From an uncultured bacterium (GTDB taxonomy: Bacteria; UBP4; UBA4092), in NCBI GenBank assembly GCA_964644695.1, contig CAZXWN010000001.1, positions 766,805 to 830,804 on the forward strand: a stretch of DNA of 64,000 nt, written 5' to 3'. The notes under the pieces were generated by a model. The model was not told the origin of the DNA. It did not search any database and was given only the letters and a program-made list of their open reading frames with translations. Position 1 is the first letter of the stretch; each line of letters opens with the position of its first letter. Below are positions 9,556-20,388 of the stretch, piece by piece. The position numbers and the translations under genes are program-made.

Positions 9556-11985
9556 ATGAAACGGGTATTATTAATCGCACTGCTGTTTTGTTTAATATCT
9601 TCTGTATTTGCATCAGATTTGACGTTAGTTCCTCAGCCCAGAGAAATATCTCAACAAAAGGGACAAATCAAACTCAGTTCACAGTGGACCATTCTTACCA
9701 CAGGACTCGATCAAGATGACTTATATGCCGCCGGTTTGATTCAAGAGGAAATAAAGAAGGACCTGGGCATCACCATTTCTTTTGAGTCCAATCTTGAAAG
9801 GAAGAAAACCATTCAATTAAAGCACCTGAACCTGAAAGGTGATGAACCGTCCTTATTCCAAACTCAAGGATATAAGATTCAAGTCAATAAAAATACCATT
9901 CTGATTGAAGCATCCACCGCACAGGGCCGTTATTATGGTGCACAAACCCTTCGACAATTAGTTCGAACCTCCACAAAAGGCACCCTGCCACTTCTATCTA
10001 TTACCGACTACCCTTCACTAGAGATTCGTGGTGTATCTGACGATGTCAGCCGTGGCCAAATATCCACTGTCGAAGACTTCAAGGAAATCATTCGAGAACT
10101 GGCCTACTACAAAAAGAACATCTATATGCCCTATATCGAAGATTCTTTTGAGTTCAAGACTGATCCAATTATCGGGCGAGCCCGTGGGCATATAACCCAA
10201 AAAGAAATGGCCATGATGCAGGAAGAAGCGAAAAGAAATCATATATACTTGAGCCCCGTATTTGAATCCCTTGGACATCAGGATCGCCTTTTGAGCCTGC
10301 CTCAAAATAGACAGTATGCCGAAGTAACCGCTCTCGACAAAGCACCATGGTCCTTCTCTCCAGTAAATCCAAAAGCATTTAATTTCGTCACTCAATTAAT
10401 TGATGATATGGCGGAGGCTACTCCTAATCCCTACTTCCACATTGGAGGAGACGAGTCTTTCGATATTGGAGAGGGAACCAGTAAGGAATTAGTTGATAGT
10501 ATCGGCATTGGCAAGGTTCACGCACGCTATTTTAACAAGGTCATTGATTACCTTGGAAAGAAACATAACCGCCAGGTTATGCTTTATGGAGATATGCTCC
10601 TGCGTCATCCGGAAGCATTGGAGGAGATGAGCCGGGACTGTATTATCGTAGATTGGCATTATTATCCTCAATCAGAATACACAACTCTTCGAGTCTTCAA
10701 AGAAAATGGATTTAAAAAAGTCGTTGCATGCCCTGCCGTCTGGGGCTTTGCAAACTTCTATCCCAATCTGGTATTTGCTTTTGCCAACATATCTACCTTT
10801 ACCGAAGAAGCCCGAAAGTATGATACTTTGGGCTCTATCGTTTCCTCATGGAGCGATGACGGTGCCGAAAATCTTCGTGAAAACAATATCGTTGCGTATG
10901 CCTATTCTGCCGCCTGCGCATGGGAACCCAAGAGTCCTAATCCGGATGAATATTTGAATCGGTATGTTCCCGTTAGATACGGTATAAAATCTCCGAATTT
11001 AGTTCGTGCTGAGAAATACCTGGGAACAGTGAATTTTCCTGATACAGCGTATTCAGCACGAATCTTCCACTTGGAACCCAAAATCAACATTGCCACGGAT
11101 ACCTCGATTGTTTTGATGAAGCAATTTAAAAGTAATATGCTGGATGTCCAAAAAACCGTTGCAGAATATAGGGGGAAACTACCCTACCATTCTGACCATC
11201 TGGATGTCATGAATCATATCGCCAAAAGATTTATTTACCTGGCAGATGCGCAACTCGGATTAGACACAATCGCCCGTCAAATGGATTTCAAACCTATAGC
11301 CAGCCTGGACACTGCCACACAGCAGGATATTCAGAATAGATTGACGGGATTACGAAATGAGCTGGCGGAGATTTGTGGAGAATACCCTGGACTCTGGCTC
11401 AGACGAAACAAAGCACCCGGACTTTTATACCACATCAATCGCCTGACAACTGAGTTATCACAACTTCAAAAATTTATTCAGAACTGCCAGACGAAAGATT
11501 TGATACCTTCACCTCCATTAAAAGGGACTTGGATGTGGTATCCAGAAACGGATAAGGAAATGAAAACCACAATGGTGAATGTCTGGTTTGCCCGTGAAAT
11601 CAATTTGAAGGGACAACCGGTGGAAGCTCATCTACGGTTCTGGGCAGATGATAATGCTATTTTCTTCATCAATGGAGTGAAAGCCTTGTCGGCCTCATAC
11701 AGAGAAGATTCCTTCCATGCTGAAGTGGGCAGCCGACTTAAAAAGGGTTCCAATATCTTAGGAATTTCTGCTGTAAATAATTGGGGAGTCGCCGCACTGG
11801 TATTTGAACTTGAAGTAACCTATGCGGACGGTTCAAAAGAATTTTTCACGGCTGACAACCAGTGGAAATCCCGTGCAGATGAAATTCCTGGATGGAATAA
11901 AACCGCACCCACAGGTGAAGGATGGCTTGATGCCTGGTTACTGGGCAGTGGCACCTTAAAAGGGTATGAATTCCTTCGGTGGTAA
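9556..11985 (+). CDS. Secreted GH20 beta-N-acetylhexosaminidase with C-terminal accessory domain
   Basis: Signal peptide; LVPQP, DYPSLEIRG..DDVSRG, HIGGDE catalytic motif. Confidence 0.88.
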   Translation: MKRVLLIALLFCLISSVFASDLTLVPQPREISQQKGQIKLSSQWTILTTGLDQDDLYAAGLIQEEIKKDLGITISFESNLERKKTIQLKHLNLKGDEPSLFQTQGYKIQVNKNTILIEASTAQGRYYGAQTLRQLVRTSTKGTLPLLSITDYPSLEIRGVSDDVSRGQISTVEDFKEIIRELAYYKKNIYMPYIEDSFEFKTDPIIGRARGHITQKEMAMMQEEAKRNHIYLSPVFESLGHQDRLLSLPQNRQYAEVTALDKAPWSFSPVNPKAFNFVTQLIDDMAEATPNPYFHIGGDESFDIGEGTSKELVDSIGIGKVHARYFNKVIDYLGKKHNRQVMLYGDMLLRHPEALEEMSRDCIIVDWHYYPQSEYTTLRVFKENGFKKVVACPAVWGFANFYPNLVFAFANISTFTEEARKYDTLGSIVSSWSDDGAENLRENNIVAYAYSAACAWEPKSPNPDEYLNRYVPVRYGIKSPNLVRAEKYLGTVNFPDTAYSARIFHLEPKINIATDTSIVLMKQFKSNMLDVQKTVAEYRGKLPYHSDHLDVMNHIAKRFIYLADAQLGLDTIARQMDFKPIASLDTATQQDIQNRLTGLRNELAEICGEYPGLWLRRNKAPGLLYHINRLTTELSQLQKFIQNCQTKDLIPSPPLKGTWMWYPETDKEMKTTMVNVWFAREINLKGQPVEAHLRFWADDNAIFFINGVKALSASYREDSFHAEVGSRLKKGSNILGISAVNNWGVAALVFELEVTYADGSKEFFTADNQWKSRADEIPGWNKTAPTGEGWLDAWLLGSGTLKGYEFLRW

Positions 11986-12021
11986 ACACCCGAAGTACCT
12001 CTCAAATAAACTAAAATCATT

Positions 12022-12070
12022 AACAAAGAATCCACGGACTTGTTCGGAACAGCTCCGTGGATTCTTCGTT
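12022..12070. repeat. REP-like palindromic repeat, copy 2
   Basis: gaatccacggacttgttcggaacagctccgtggattc, intergenic after GH20. Confidence 0.85.
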
Positions 12071-12156
12071 TATACTAATCTTCATAGTTAACCTGATATC
12101 ACTACACTGACACCGGGTATGGGTTCGATTTATACTGATAATTAGAGAGGTTAATC

Positions 12157-13227
12157 ATGTCTGCTTTAACCAAAATCTATCTAACCATCGGGGTAATTCT
12201 CATGAATACACTTTCCTCATATGCAGCGGTTCATGCTCCAGAATTTCCACCTAACCATATCTGGATAAACAGTCCTCCGATGACTATGGCTCAGCTCAAA
12301 GGAAAAGTTGTCCTGATAGATATATGGGACTATACCTGTGTAAATTGTATTCGAACCCTCCCCTACATTCAGGAATGGCATCGCCGGTATGCTCCTTATG
12401 GATTCACTGTTATAGGTGTACACACTCCCGAATTTGATTTTGCCCGACAAAAAGACAATGTCGCCACTGCGGTCAAATCATTCAAACTGACCTACCCCAT
12501 CGTTTTGGATAATGAGTATAAAATCTGGGACTCGTATGCGAATCGTTATTGGCCTCGAAAATATCTCATTAACCAGGATGGAATCATCGTCTTTGACCAT
12601 GCTGGGGAAGGCGGATATATCGAGACCGAGAAAAAGATTCAAGAACTCCTCAAGAAGAATCAACCGGGATTGAAATTTCCGGCACCCTATATCCACCCCG
12701 GGCCACCCGAATCTGGGGGCTTATGTTATCCCACAACACCTGAAACGTATGCCGGATATTTACGAGGGAAACTGGTTAATCCGGGTGGATATCAGGCTGG
12801 CAAAGTGGCTGCATATACTGACCCCAAGGGATATACACCTTATGGACATCTCTACCTCCAGGGAACATGGGAAAGCCATGCAGAAGGGTTAAGACATGGA
12901 AGAAAATCAAATTTAACAGAAGACTATGTTGCCCTGCCCTATCGAGCTATTTCAGTCAATGCTGTTATCAAGCCGGCTCGTGAAAAACCCTATCGTGTGT
13001 ATGTACGACAAGACGACCAATGGGTATTGAAAGAGGACCGCGGGAAGGATTTGAGGGTAGATGAAAAAGGAAGAACTTATCTGTTGATTGAAGACTCTCG
13101 GATGTATCAAATCATTAAGAACAAATCGTATGGACAGTATGTATTGAAGTTATCCAGTGATTCAGAATCTTTTGATTTATATGCTTTCACCTTTGGCTCA
13201 TGCTTAATATCTGATGGAAAGCCATAA
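12157..13227 (+). CDS. DipZ-like thioredoxin/redoxin (no CcdA membrane domain)
   Basis: WDYTCVNCIRTLP, GVHTPEF, NRYWP, GEGGY, TPETY, YAFTFG. Confidence 0.85.
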   Translation: MSALTKIYLTIGVILMNTLSSYAAVHAPEFPPNHIWINSPPMTMAQLKGKVVLIDIWDYTCVNCIRTLPYIQEWHRRYAPYGFTVIGVHTPEFDFARQKDNVATAVKSFKLTYPIVLDNEYKIWDSYANRYWPRKYLINQDGIIVFDHAGEGGYIETEKKIQELLKKNQPGLKFPAPYIHPGPPESGGLCYPTTPETYAGYLRGKLVNPGGYQAGKVAAYTDPKGYTPYGHLYLQGTWESHAEGLRHGRKSNLTEDYVALPYRAISVNAVIKPAREKPYRVYVRQDDQWVLKEDRGKDLRVDEKGRTYLLIEDSRMYQIIKNKSYGQYVLKLSSDSESFDLYAFTFGSCLISDGKP

Positions 13228-13237
13228 TCACCGGGAA

Positions 13238-15235
13238 TTAAGGGGTGGCGGTTATTGTGGTATCAGAAGATACCGGAGAACTCTCCAGATGGAGATGAAG
13301 AATCTTCTTAACCGACCTGATGATTTTGGCACTATCCAAACTCCGGTGGTCAGTACGGAATATGACATTTTCTGATTCCACATTTTCTTGATGAGAACTA
13401 CTGTAAGGGACATACCCATCCGTTCCTTTGGATAATACGGTTTGGTTATAAGTTCCATCAGGAAGAAGAACTCCTTTTTCTTTCCGTAAGTCGGCAATAA
13501 TGGAATGGTACTTCACTTCAGGATTTCTTTTCATTAAATCTAATTCCGTGAGAATTATATTATTGGGGGATAAAGACGCCACGCTGGATGTCATATTGGG
13601 GGATTGAATTTTATATTTAAGTATGTCGGGATTTTTAGTAAAAATATCATTATACACATCGACCAGTTCACCGGGTAACTTAATCAGAGCAATAGCCAGT
13701 CTTCCAATAAACTCCACACTGGCCTTACTTCCTCGATGCGGGGTACAAATATAAACCACTCTTTTAACTTCCGGGAGAGGCTCATATACGAAGACTTCTT
13801 TAATCAACTCCCTGTCTTTGGGTTTAGCATCAATATCCTCAATCGGCTTGGTCATAAAACTGTTCCAGAATTCTTCTCCACCCGAAGATGTGGTCATCCT
13901 TTTTGAAAGTAAACCTCCCATACTGTGTCCCACCAAAACCATTTGGTCGAACGAAGGATCTTTCTTCTCAGGGTCAAAGGTGTTCCGGATTTCCGTTAAC
14001 GAACTGTATAACTGGCTGGCAGATAACAGATATGGATTCCCAGTGGGATATTGAAAGAACCAGAACTGGTAATGTTCCCGTAATACAGGATCACCCCTTA
14101 ATTCGTTCACCATTTGCATCCAGGCCATGGGGCTGGATATTAAACCATGGATAAACACGACTGGGATTTTTTCCGGATCATAGGGCTCAAGCATATAAAC
14201 GCCGGTTCGATGTTGGACCTTTTCTGCTTTAAGTAATCCCGAAAGACTGATACTGTCTATGGCAGGATTCCGAGAAAGAAAATAACCCAGCGGTGTGGTT
14301 AAGTCAGACTCCAGGGGGACACTTTGTCCGTTAATGGTAATCGTCTGGATCCGAAGTGGATTATACAATTCCATGACCATCGCCCCACGGCCTGTACGGT
14401 CAATCTGGCGATGACATAGACTGTCTTCAACCCGGAGAAAAGCCGTCGCCGAAAAACTGGGTGTTGAAGTAAAGTAATACTTCCGATGTGAATTAACCGG
14501 ATTCGTTTTCCCATTTATATTTCCCTGAACAATAATGGGAACCCCTAATCCAAAGGTTCGATATTGATTAAAAAGCCCTTTTACCTCGTAGTCTGTTGCC
14601 AACTGATAACTGCCAAAATCTTCCTGGTTCCAGAGGAATCCATTTCGCTTGATTCGGACACTGACCTCCTGATCAATCAGGCTGATCGTAATACGGTCAT
14701 CGCTTAAGGAACGGACAGAAGTCATAGAAAATAATTTGGCGAGACCATAGTTATACAGATCACAGGACATTCTGAAACGAGGGTCATACGTATTAGGGAG
14801 GGGGCCTAACTCATCATCAAACAAATAGAAATAACTGTACCGAACAGTACCCATATACAGATCAAAAGCACGGGCTTTATTTCTCTTCTCAAGCTGATTT
14901 GCAGTCAAATAGGAAAGTTCCGATAATGCAAACAAAGTGCTTCGGTCACGGTCCTGACATACTTCCCGATCCAGACGCCGGAGAACATTGAGTGGGTCTT
15001 TCTGAAAATCTCTATCCAACCCTTTTTGTCGTAATACCTGAAGGGAGATCTGGCTGGGTTCTTTATCTAAAATTGCATTCTGCTGCCATTTCCGATATGA
15101 GAACTCCGAACTGACTTCATTAATACTCACTTTGATTTTCTTAGCTTCGGCGGACACAGAACAAAGAAGCAACATCACTGTTATAAACAGTGTCACAATC
15201 CCATATCGTGAATACAAATTCTTCATCAGAGTCAT
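13238..15235 (-). CDS. Secreted alpha/beta hydrolase (lipase/esterase)
   Basis: Signal peptide; PVVFIHGL, GHSMGG nucleophile elbow, TPHRGS, DGYVPY. Confidence 0.82.
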   Translation of the reverse strand: MTLMKNLYSRYGIVTLFITVMLLLCSVSAEAKKIKVSINEVSSEFSYRKWQQNAILDKEPSQISLQVLRQKGLDRDFQKDPLNVLRRLDREVCQDRDRSTLFALSELSYLTANQLEKRNKARAFDLYMGTVRYSYFYLFDDELGPLPNTYDPRFRMSCDLYNYGLAKLFSMTSVRSLSDDRITISLIDQEVSVRIKRNGFLWNQEDFGSYQLATDYEVKGLFNQYRTFGLGVPIIVQGNINGKTNPVNSHRKYYFTSTPSFSATAFLRVEDSLCHRQIDRTGRGAMVMELYNPLRIQTITINGQSVPLESDLTTPLGYFLSRNPAIDSISLSGLLKAEKVQHRTGVYMLEPYDPEKIPVVFIHGLISSPMAWMQMVNELRGDPVLREHYQFWFFQYPTGNPYLLSASQLYSSLTEIRNTFDPEKKDPSFDQMVLVGHSMGGLLSKRMTTSSGGEEFWNSFMTKPIEDIDAKPKDRELIKEVFVYEPLPEVKRVVYICTPHRGSKASVEFIGRLAIALIKLPGELVDVYNDIFTKNPDILKYKIQSPNMTSSVASLSPNNIILTELDLMKRNPEVKYHSIIADLRKEKGVLLPDGTYNQTVLSKGTDGYVPYSSSHQENVESENVIFRTDHRSLDSAKIIRSVKKILHLHLESSPVSSDTTITATP

Positions 15236-15266
15236 TTCATCGGAAAAGGTTATTATCCATTATAGT

Positions 15267-15300
15267 AAAAAAAACGGCCAGGGTTTTAATCCCGGCCGTT
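15267..15300 (-). terminator. Intrinsic terminator after amidase
   Basis: aacggcc / ggccgtt stem with A run on + strand (U tract on -). Confidence 0.7.
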
Positions 15301-15320
15301 CTTATCAAAATCATTTCGGA

Positions 15321-17090
15321 TTAACGATACTTCAGAACATGGTCGATAATCCCTTCACCAATCGCCTTGGCAATTTCCCCTCGACCCGAGGAAATAGATA
15401 ATAACATCTCATCTTCTGGATTTGACATATATGCACATTCCACCAACACTTCCGGCATATCTGTATGCTTAACCAGACTGAAATTAAAGGAACTGACCAA
15501 ACCACCATTGTATAGATTGGGGATTTTAGACATCCGAGTCTGGATAGCTTCAGATAGAGGACGGTCAATGTCGTGACGGTAAAGTGTCAAAGACCCTTTC
15601 CACAGGAGAGGATCACTAATCTCACCGGTGGAGTTATTATGGATACTGACCAACATTTTGGCACTACTGTCAATCGCAATTTGCCGGCGAGTATTCATAT
15701 CTATGTCCGAATCATCCCCACGGGTTAAAACTATGTTGGCACCTTTATGTTCGAGGAAAGATTTTAACTGGAGAACAATATCCAAATTACAGTCTTTTTC
15801 AAGAAGACGCGTTGCACCCAAAGCGCCCGAACTGCGGCCGCCATGCCCCGCATCCAAAGCAATAGTCAAACCCTGAAGAGGATACTTCTTATGCGTTGAT
15901 AATACCGGCGGATGTTTAACGATAACTCGAAGTCCATTACTACTGGCTGGGTATGTCGCATCATATCCCCACACCGGCGGTCGATCCAAAGTTATATCCA
16001 GGACCAGGTGACCATCAGCAACTTGTTTCCAGTCAATACTGCGGATCACTTTTAAGGGAGTTCTGTTGGTTATCCAGGTAAGATTGGAGGCAGCTCCAAA
16101 GATATGCACTTTCATTTTATTATCAAGTCCAGAGGCTTCCACTAAATAGGGCAGTCTTTCCGGTGTCCCAATAAAAATCTGATCATAGCCTGTGGTTGAA
16201 CTTTCCAAAGTGGCTCCACCTATAGTGGCGTTAGGCAAAGCTGCTCCCGGAATCACCGACAAATTGGATTCATGGGTCCAGGCGTGAAGGTCCTTTGTCA
16301 GCCGGATACGATACATATTTCCGATTTTCCCATCTAATACCAGCCTTGTACTTTCGGGTAACATACATAGTAAAGCACCGCCAAGTCTGGCAGTTCCCAG
16401 GCTGGCGTAGATATTGGCTGAACTCTCCGTAATAACAGCCACAGTCGGATAGTTCTCGGAATCATAAGAGACATTTCCCGGAGATACTTCACGAACAGTG
16501 TCATCACCCAGCGTCATCTCATATCGGACTTTTAGATTTTGATTCTTCAGTACAGTGGGGATCTGATAAAGCCCATTATATCTGGCGACTTTGGCGTCTG
16601 GGACACTGGGTTGTTGATGTAGAAGGACTTCATCGGAACCGATAAAAGCCTTCACTTGAGCTGAAGGAGAGCCTCGTAGAGACAGGTTTAATATTTCTCC
16701 GGCACCTAGCCATATATCCTGGGAAGGTTCTACGGTTGAACCAAGAATCCGCAACGTAGTTGATAAATCCAGTTCATCACTTATGGTTCGATTGATGGTA
16801 ATAACCACAGTGGTTGATTCATACTGTTTATTGGTTGCCACAAACTCCCAGATATTCACTCCAGGAGACAATGCAACTAACCCAGCAAATCCACCTGTCG
16901 GATAAACCCGGATAGTCTCACCATTAAAGGTAACTAGATTCTCAGATTCAGTCACTCCCCCATAACGATATTGGGCATAAGGTGTGCTAATCTTTGAGTT
17001 TTCTGGGACTGTCAACCTAAGTGTCGGAACCGCAACACTCACAGATGCCATAAATATGCTAAAACACCATAAGAGCATTTTATTTAACAT
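15321..17090 (-). CDS. N-acetylmuramoyl-L-alanine amidase (Amidase_3), secreted
   Basis: LDAGHGG, EKDCN, LTR, SIHNN, VLVECAYMSN. Confidence 0.9.
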   Translation of the reverse strand: MLNKMLLWCFSIFMASVSVAVPTLRLTVPENSKISTPYAQYRYGGVTESENLVTFNGETIRVYPTGGFAGLVALSPGVNIWEFVATNKQYESTTVVITINRTISDELDLSTTLRILGSTVEPSQDIWLGAGEILNLSLRGSPSAQVKAFIGSDEVLLHQQPSVPDAKVARYNGLYQIPTVLKNQNLKVRYEMTLGDDTVREVSPGNVSYDSENYPTVAVITESSANIYASLGTARLGGALLCMLPESTRLVLDGKIGNMYRIRLTKDLHAWTHESNLSVIPGAALPNATIGGATLESSTTGYDQIFIGTPERLPYLVEASGLDNKMKVHIFGAASNLTWITNRTPLKVIRSIDWKQVADGHLVLDITLDRPPVWGYDATYPASSNGLRVIVKHPPVLSTHKKYPLQGLTIALDAGHGGRSSGALGATRLLEKDCNLDIVLQLKSFLEHKGANIVLTRGDDSDIDMNTRRQIAIDSSAKMLVSIHNNSTGEISDPLLWKGSLTLYRHDIDRPLSEAIQTRMSKIPNLYNGGLVSSFNFSLVKHTDMPEVLVECAYMSNPEDEMLLSISSGRGEIAKAIGEGIIDHVLKYR

Positions 17091-17188
17091 TTTCTTTACC
17101 TCACGGGTAGTTTTGGCTGAATTCTACCACATTCTTCAAGACATCCCGTGATATGATGAAAAAGATTTTATAGATACCAGGTGACTAA

Positions 17189-19345
17189 ATGATTGAGATT
17201 AAAAACGGACAATTATTTATTGATAAAAAGCCGACTCCCATGTTGAGCACAGATTATCCCTACTATCGAGATTCTGCTGAACAATGGGAAATAAAGTTAG
17301 ATGCCCTAAAGGAATTGGGTGTGAATGTTCTTAGTTTTTATGTGCCATGGAGACATCATCACATTAAAACAAATACCGGGTGGATTTATGATTTTACTGG
17401 TAAAACACAGGGAAACAGAAATCTCCAACAATTCATGAAGCTGGCATCAAACAAAGGGTTTTATCTATTAGTTAAGCCAGGACCGTTTATCCATGCCGAA
17501 ACAGATGCAGGAGGACTCCCGAATTTTGTTTTAGGTAAAGATGACAATGGCATCCAGCCTTATACATCCGCTGAGGGTAAACCTCAATACTGGGGTGAAT
17601 GGATATTGCCAAGTCCTGTGGATTCTGTTTTCAAAAAGCATTTCCATAATTGGTGTAAAGCTCTAATTAAGGACGTTCTTAAAAAGCATATTTATCCAAA
17701 AGGTAAAATTATTGGTTTCCAAACAGGTAATGAAGGGATTTATTCTGATTCATGGGGAGCCATAAATCGGGCGGATTATTCCCCATCAGGATTAAGTCTC
17801 TATCAGAAATTCCTGAAAACCAGATATGAATCAATTAAAGTACTTAATACTGCATATGCGACCCAATACAAGTCTTTTAGTGAAATAGATGCACCACGGT
17901 CCATCGACAAAATTTCTTCGTCCGCTGTCCTTGCCCAGCTGCAGGATTGGGGAGAGTATCAGGCTTTTTATTTCAAATCGGTGATGTTTGATTTTGCACA
18001 GGACTTCCAATGTTTTGGATTACCGATTCTTAACAATCTAAATCCACCTTGGGAAGACAAAAATATTTATTGGGATTCCTGGATATCTCGTATAGTTCCC
18101 CACAGCTGGGAAGGTAAAATTCATTATGGGACAACGAACTGGATTGGAACCGTTCCAGGTAAACTGTCCTCCAGGCAAAGATATGATCTTCTAATTAAGC
18201 GACATCCAGGCCCTAATCTTGAAGAGAATTGGGGATTCGGACTGTTATATGACAAAGACTATGTGTCTGCGGTTGCACCTTTCAGTCAATCCCTTTATGC
18301 TTTGGCTTTAGGTGCTACTGGATACAATATTTATACAGGGGCCAACACCTCTGGATGGGATGTACATATTGACTCCAAACATCAGGCACCCTATCCAGAC
18401 AGTGCCCCAATCAATGCCCAGGGAGAATTAACGGAGAAAGCCCGCGTTGCTGCTTTACTTAATGAATTCCTCTCTTTCCAGGGAAAATCACTTTTGCAAT
18501 CCAGCCCTGTGGCATCCATAGGATATTTGATGTATCGGAGTTATGCTCATATTTCAGCCTGGGATAACAATCGAAAGTCATTCTGGAAGCTTGAGAATTT
18601 TGATAAACCCATTAGTCAAGGCGTTACGCTTCGTTCCTTCAGCGATTTATGCAGAAAATGGGCCACTGATTATAAGATTGTTGAATTGGATCATTTTGAG
18701 GATTATTCATCACAGGATATACCTGAAGTCCTCTACCTTTCTTCGTGTAATTGGATGAAGAAAAAAGACTATCAAAATTTAGTCAAGTACCTGAAAAAAG
18801 GTGGAATTATATTGCTGGAAGGGTCCTTCCCTACCAAAGATATTTCTGGTGAGCCTTTACCCGCTTTTGGCATATTAGAGCAGGACGGCTTTTTCCAATG
18901 TGAAAAAGGATGGATTATTCCCGTATCCCATACCGAAGTAGAAGAGTGGGTGGAGAAGTTATCTCGTACCAAACGTGTGGAACGGCAAAAGAATACAACA
19001 CTTGTGGTTCAGAGATATAACTCCAAAACTTCCGATAGATATTTCTTTATTTTCAATACCGCAAAGAATTCAGTAAAGGAAACCATCCAATCGGGGAATA
19101 TCTCATTCACCCTTAAAATGGGGCCAGGCTGTAGTGGGATTATTCACTACAATAAAGACAATTTCCGAGGACTTCTGTTAAAAAACTTAAACGACTTAGT
19201 TAAAAAGGGAACCAATGTCTTTTTTGAGACGCAAGCAGGCTTCAAAATTAACAGTCCCGCTCCCATTGATTTACTAATCATATGGGATACAAAAGAAAAG
19301 AATTTCCTGATTCGAGGAAATCCAGACATCTTCCTGAAAGAATAA
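17189..19345 (+). CDS. GH35/GH42-like glycoside hydrolase
   Basis: YYR..W...L..LKELGVN...YVPW, KPGPFIHAE..GGLP, GNE acid/base motif. Confidence 0.8.
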   Translation: MIEIKNGQLFIDKKPTPMLSTDYPYYRDSAEQWEIKLDALKELGVNVLSFYVPWRHHHIKTNTGWIYDFTGKTQGNRNLQQFMKLASNKGFYLLVKPGPFIHAETDAGGLPNFVLGKDDNGIQPYTSAEGKPQYWGEWILPSPVDSVFKKHFHNWCKALIKDVLKKHIYPKGKIIGFQTGNEGIYSDSWGAINRADYSPSGLSLYQKFLKTRYESIKVLNTAYATQYKSFSEIDAPRSIDKISSSAVLAQLQDWGEYQAFYFKSVMFDFAQDFQCFGLPILNNLNPPWEDKNIYWDSWISRIVPHSWEGKIHYGTTNWIGTVPGKLSSRQRYDLLIKRHPGPNLEENWGFGLLYDKDYVSAVAPFSQSLYALALGATGYNIYTGANTSGWDVHIDSKHQAPYPDSAPINAQGELTEKARVAALLNEFLSFQGKSLLQSSPVASIGYLMYRSYAHISAWDNNRKSFWKLENFDKPISQGVTLRSFSDLCRKWATDYKIVELDHFEDYSSQDIPEVLYLSSCNWMKKKDYQNLVKYLKKGGIILLEGSFPTKDISGEPLPAFGILEQDGFFQCEKGWIIPVSHTEVEEWVEKLSRTKRVERQKNTTLVVQRYNSKTSDRYFFIFNTAKNSVKETIQSGNISFTLKMGPGCSGIIHYNKDNFRGLLLKNLNDLVKKGTNVFFETQAGFKINSPAPIDLLIIWDTKEKNFLIRGNPDIFLKE

Positions 19346-19516
19346 GAAGCCTCAATATAACTTAATCATGAATCAAACCGGCTCTATTTGAGTTTAGCCA
19401 TTATTTCGGGGTGCTATAATATAAAATAGATACGAATAACTTTAGTTTATATATGGATATCTTTTTGTGATGAACAGGTCACATGAAATTAATCAGATGA
19501 GAAAGGGCATATTTTT

Positions 19517-20377
19517 ATGCCAGTTATCGTAGAAAAACGTCTCCTCGCTCCTAAAACACATTATTTGAAATTAAAGACTCCCCTTATCGCTCTTCATGCC
19601 CAAGCGGGCCAATTTGTAATCGTTCGCGTCAATGAAATGGGAGAGCGCGTTCCCTTCACCATTGCGGATGTGGATGCGCAAGCTGGAACAATCTCACTGG
19701 TAGTACAGGAAGTGGGTAAAACCAGCACCGAGGTAGGGGAACTTAAGCAAGGAGATTCCATTCGGGATGTGTTAGGCCCCTTAGGTGCGCCTTCTGAAGT
19801 TGAGAAGTTCGGCACTGTTGTCCTTATGGGGGGTGGATTTGGAAATGCCGCCATCCACTTACTAGCTAAAAAACTGAAATCCCTGGGAAACCATGTTATT
19901 ACAATCATCGGAGCCAGAACTAAGGAATTACTCATTATGGTTGATGAACTCCGTCAAGCCTCTGATGAAGTAATTGTCATGACAGATGATGGATCACTGG
20001 GTCGTAAGGGACTTGTGACTGAGCCCTTAAAAGAATTAATGGAAAAACAGACTATCGATAGAATCTTCGCTGTCGGACCAATCCCCATGATGCGCGCTGT
20101 GGGTGAGACCTCCCGCCCCTTCGGAGTTAAAACGATTGTGAGCCTGAATCCAATCATGGTGGATGGAACGGGGATGTGTGGGGGATGCCGGGTAACAGTA
20201 GAGGGAAAGACTTTATTTGCCTGTGTAGATGGGCCAGAGTTCGATGCACATTTAGTTGATTTCAATGAACTTATACAACGAACCCGAATGTATCGTCCAC
20301 AGGAAGCCTGTGCCAAAGAAAGCTGTAAAATGGAAGCCCAGATTCAACAAGCTGCTGCCGAAGCAGCTTCCAAATAG
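19517..20377 (+). CDS. nfnA: NfnA (NfnS), small subunit of electron-bifurcating transhydrogenase
   Basis: GQFVI..GERVPFTI, GPLG, MVDGTGMCGGCRV, ACVDGPEFD. Confidence 0.88.
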   Translation: MPVIVEKRLLAPKTHYLKLKTPLIALHAQAGQFVIVRVNEMGERVPFTIADVDAQAGTISLVVQEVGKTSTEVGELKQGDSIRDVLGPLGAPSEVEKFGTVVLMGGGFGNAAIHLLAKKLKSLGNHVITIIGARTKELLIMVDELRQASDEVIVMTDDGSLGRKGLVTEPLKELMEKQTIDRIFAVGPIPMMRAVGETSRPFGVKTIVSLNPIMVDGTGMCGGCRVTVEGKTLFACVDGPEFDAHLVDFNELIQRTRMYRPQEACAKESCKMEAQIQQAAAEAASK

Positions 20378-20388
20378 GAGTATTCTCT

